A DNA stretch of 64,000 bases from an uncultured Oscillospiraceae bacterium (GTDB taxonomy: Bacteria > Bacillota > Clostridia > Oscillospirales > Oscillospiraceae): contig CALXDF010000035.1 of the NCBI GenBank assembly GCA_944386995.1, forward strand, positions 6,168 through 70,167, written 5' to 3'. A program made the position numbers and the translations under genes. Shown piece by piece: positions 63,820-64,000 of the stretch. The number at the start of each line of letters is the position of its first letter. Positions within the stretch are counted from its first letter, which is position 1. The notes below the pieces were generated by a model that was not told the DNA's origin, made no database searches, and saw only the letters and a program-made list of their open reading frames with translations.

Positions 63820-64000
63820 TTGGACAAGCATCCTTTTCAACTGAATGAACGGCACAAGCGGCTGCTGGCCGGTTTGTCGTTTCTCATATTTATCCTGCTG
63901 TTTCTGACGGTAGCTTGGTTCATCGGTCGTCCCATGGTACGTTTTGTCCAGAAGCCGGAGCTCTTCCGGGAGTGGGTGGATGCCCACGGCATCTGTGGGA
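63820..64000 (+). CDS. TVP38/TMEM64 (DedA-related) family membrane protein, N-terminal fragment (3' end off-window)
   Basis: The frame is open from TTG 63820, 7 nt after GAGGGG, to the window end: LDKHPFQLNERHKRLLAGLSFLIFILLFLTVAWFIGRPMVRFVQKPELFREWVDAHGICG. The TM helix followed by F(R/K)EW(V/I) is the usual TVP38 N-terminus. A candidate promoter is TTGCGT-18-TATACT at 63761-63790. Confidence 0.4.
   Translation, partial: MDKHPFQLNERHKRLLAGLSFLIFILLFLTVAWFIGRPMVRFVQKPELFREWVDAHGICG

Noticed and set aside
1-64000. Mobile elements, prophage, defence systems, tRNA/rRNA genes
   Set aside because: No transposase, integrase, recombinase, restriction-modification, toxin-antitoxin or phage structural motifs were recognised in any frame. 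The intergenic regions are short and contain no cloverleaf-like or rRNA-like sequence that I could see. This was a by-eye assessment only; tRNAscan-SE, Infernal, ISfinder and DefenseFinder would be the decisive checks.

Overview
High-GC chromosome segment, probably from an endospore-forming Clostridia-type Firmicute. That inference rests on sigG, an uninterrupted sigK, dpaAB, ylmC and the overall gene content; I cannot place it more precisely. I call about 70 protein genes, and almost all are core functions.

Gene content, left to right:
- Genes for a Na+-pumping oxaloacetate-type decarboxylase.
- dpaAB, nfo-cca, murC, an Sfp-type PPTase, dnaG-rpoD and rpsB-tsf.
- A VanG/VanT-like ligase-racemase pair.
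- glyA, sigG, glnS and sigK.
- A ~23-kb, 25-gene hem-cbi-cob (anaerobic cobalamin) operon behind a cobalamin riboswitch.
- An AI-2E transporter, an SGNH hydrolase and an ECF sigma/anti-sigma pair.
- Two COG0523-type GTPase genes divergent from a ZIP transporter.
- patB, lacI-malQ and the start of a TVP38-like gene.

I recognised no rRNA, tRNA, CRISPR array, transposase, integrase or phage genes. I do not see a clear-cut novel multi-gene system.

The observations most worth a second look:
1. Two unexplained passengers sit inside the B12 operon: a TIGR04076-like Cys protein between hemA and sirC, and a degenerate short CobU paralogue between cobS and cobC.
2. The COG0523 pair, whose second member lacks CXCC and carries a Cys-rich C-terminal domain.
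3. A repeat- and palindrome-dense untranslated stretch bracketed by two terminators at 56.2-56.5 kb.
4. A VanG-like ligase preceded by helically phased direct repeats.
5. A start codon separated from its Shine-Dalgarno by a hairpin.

The many very long ORFs antisense to recognised genes are treated as GC-bias artefacts. All family assignments come from motif recognition and memory, not from searches.
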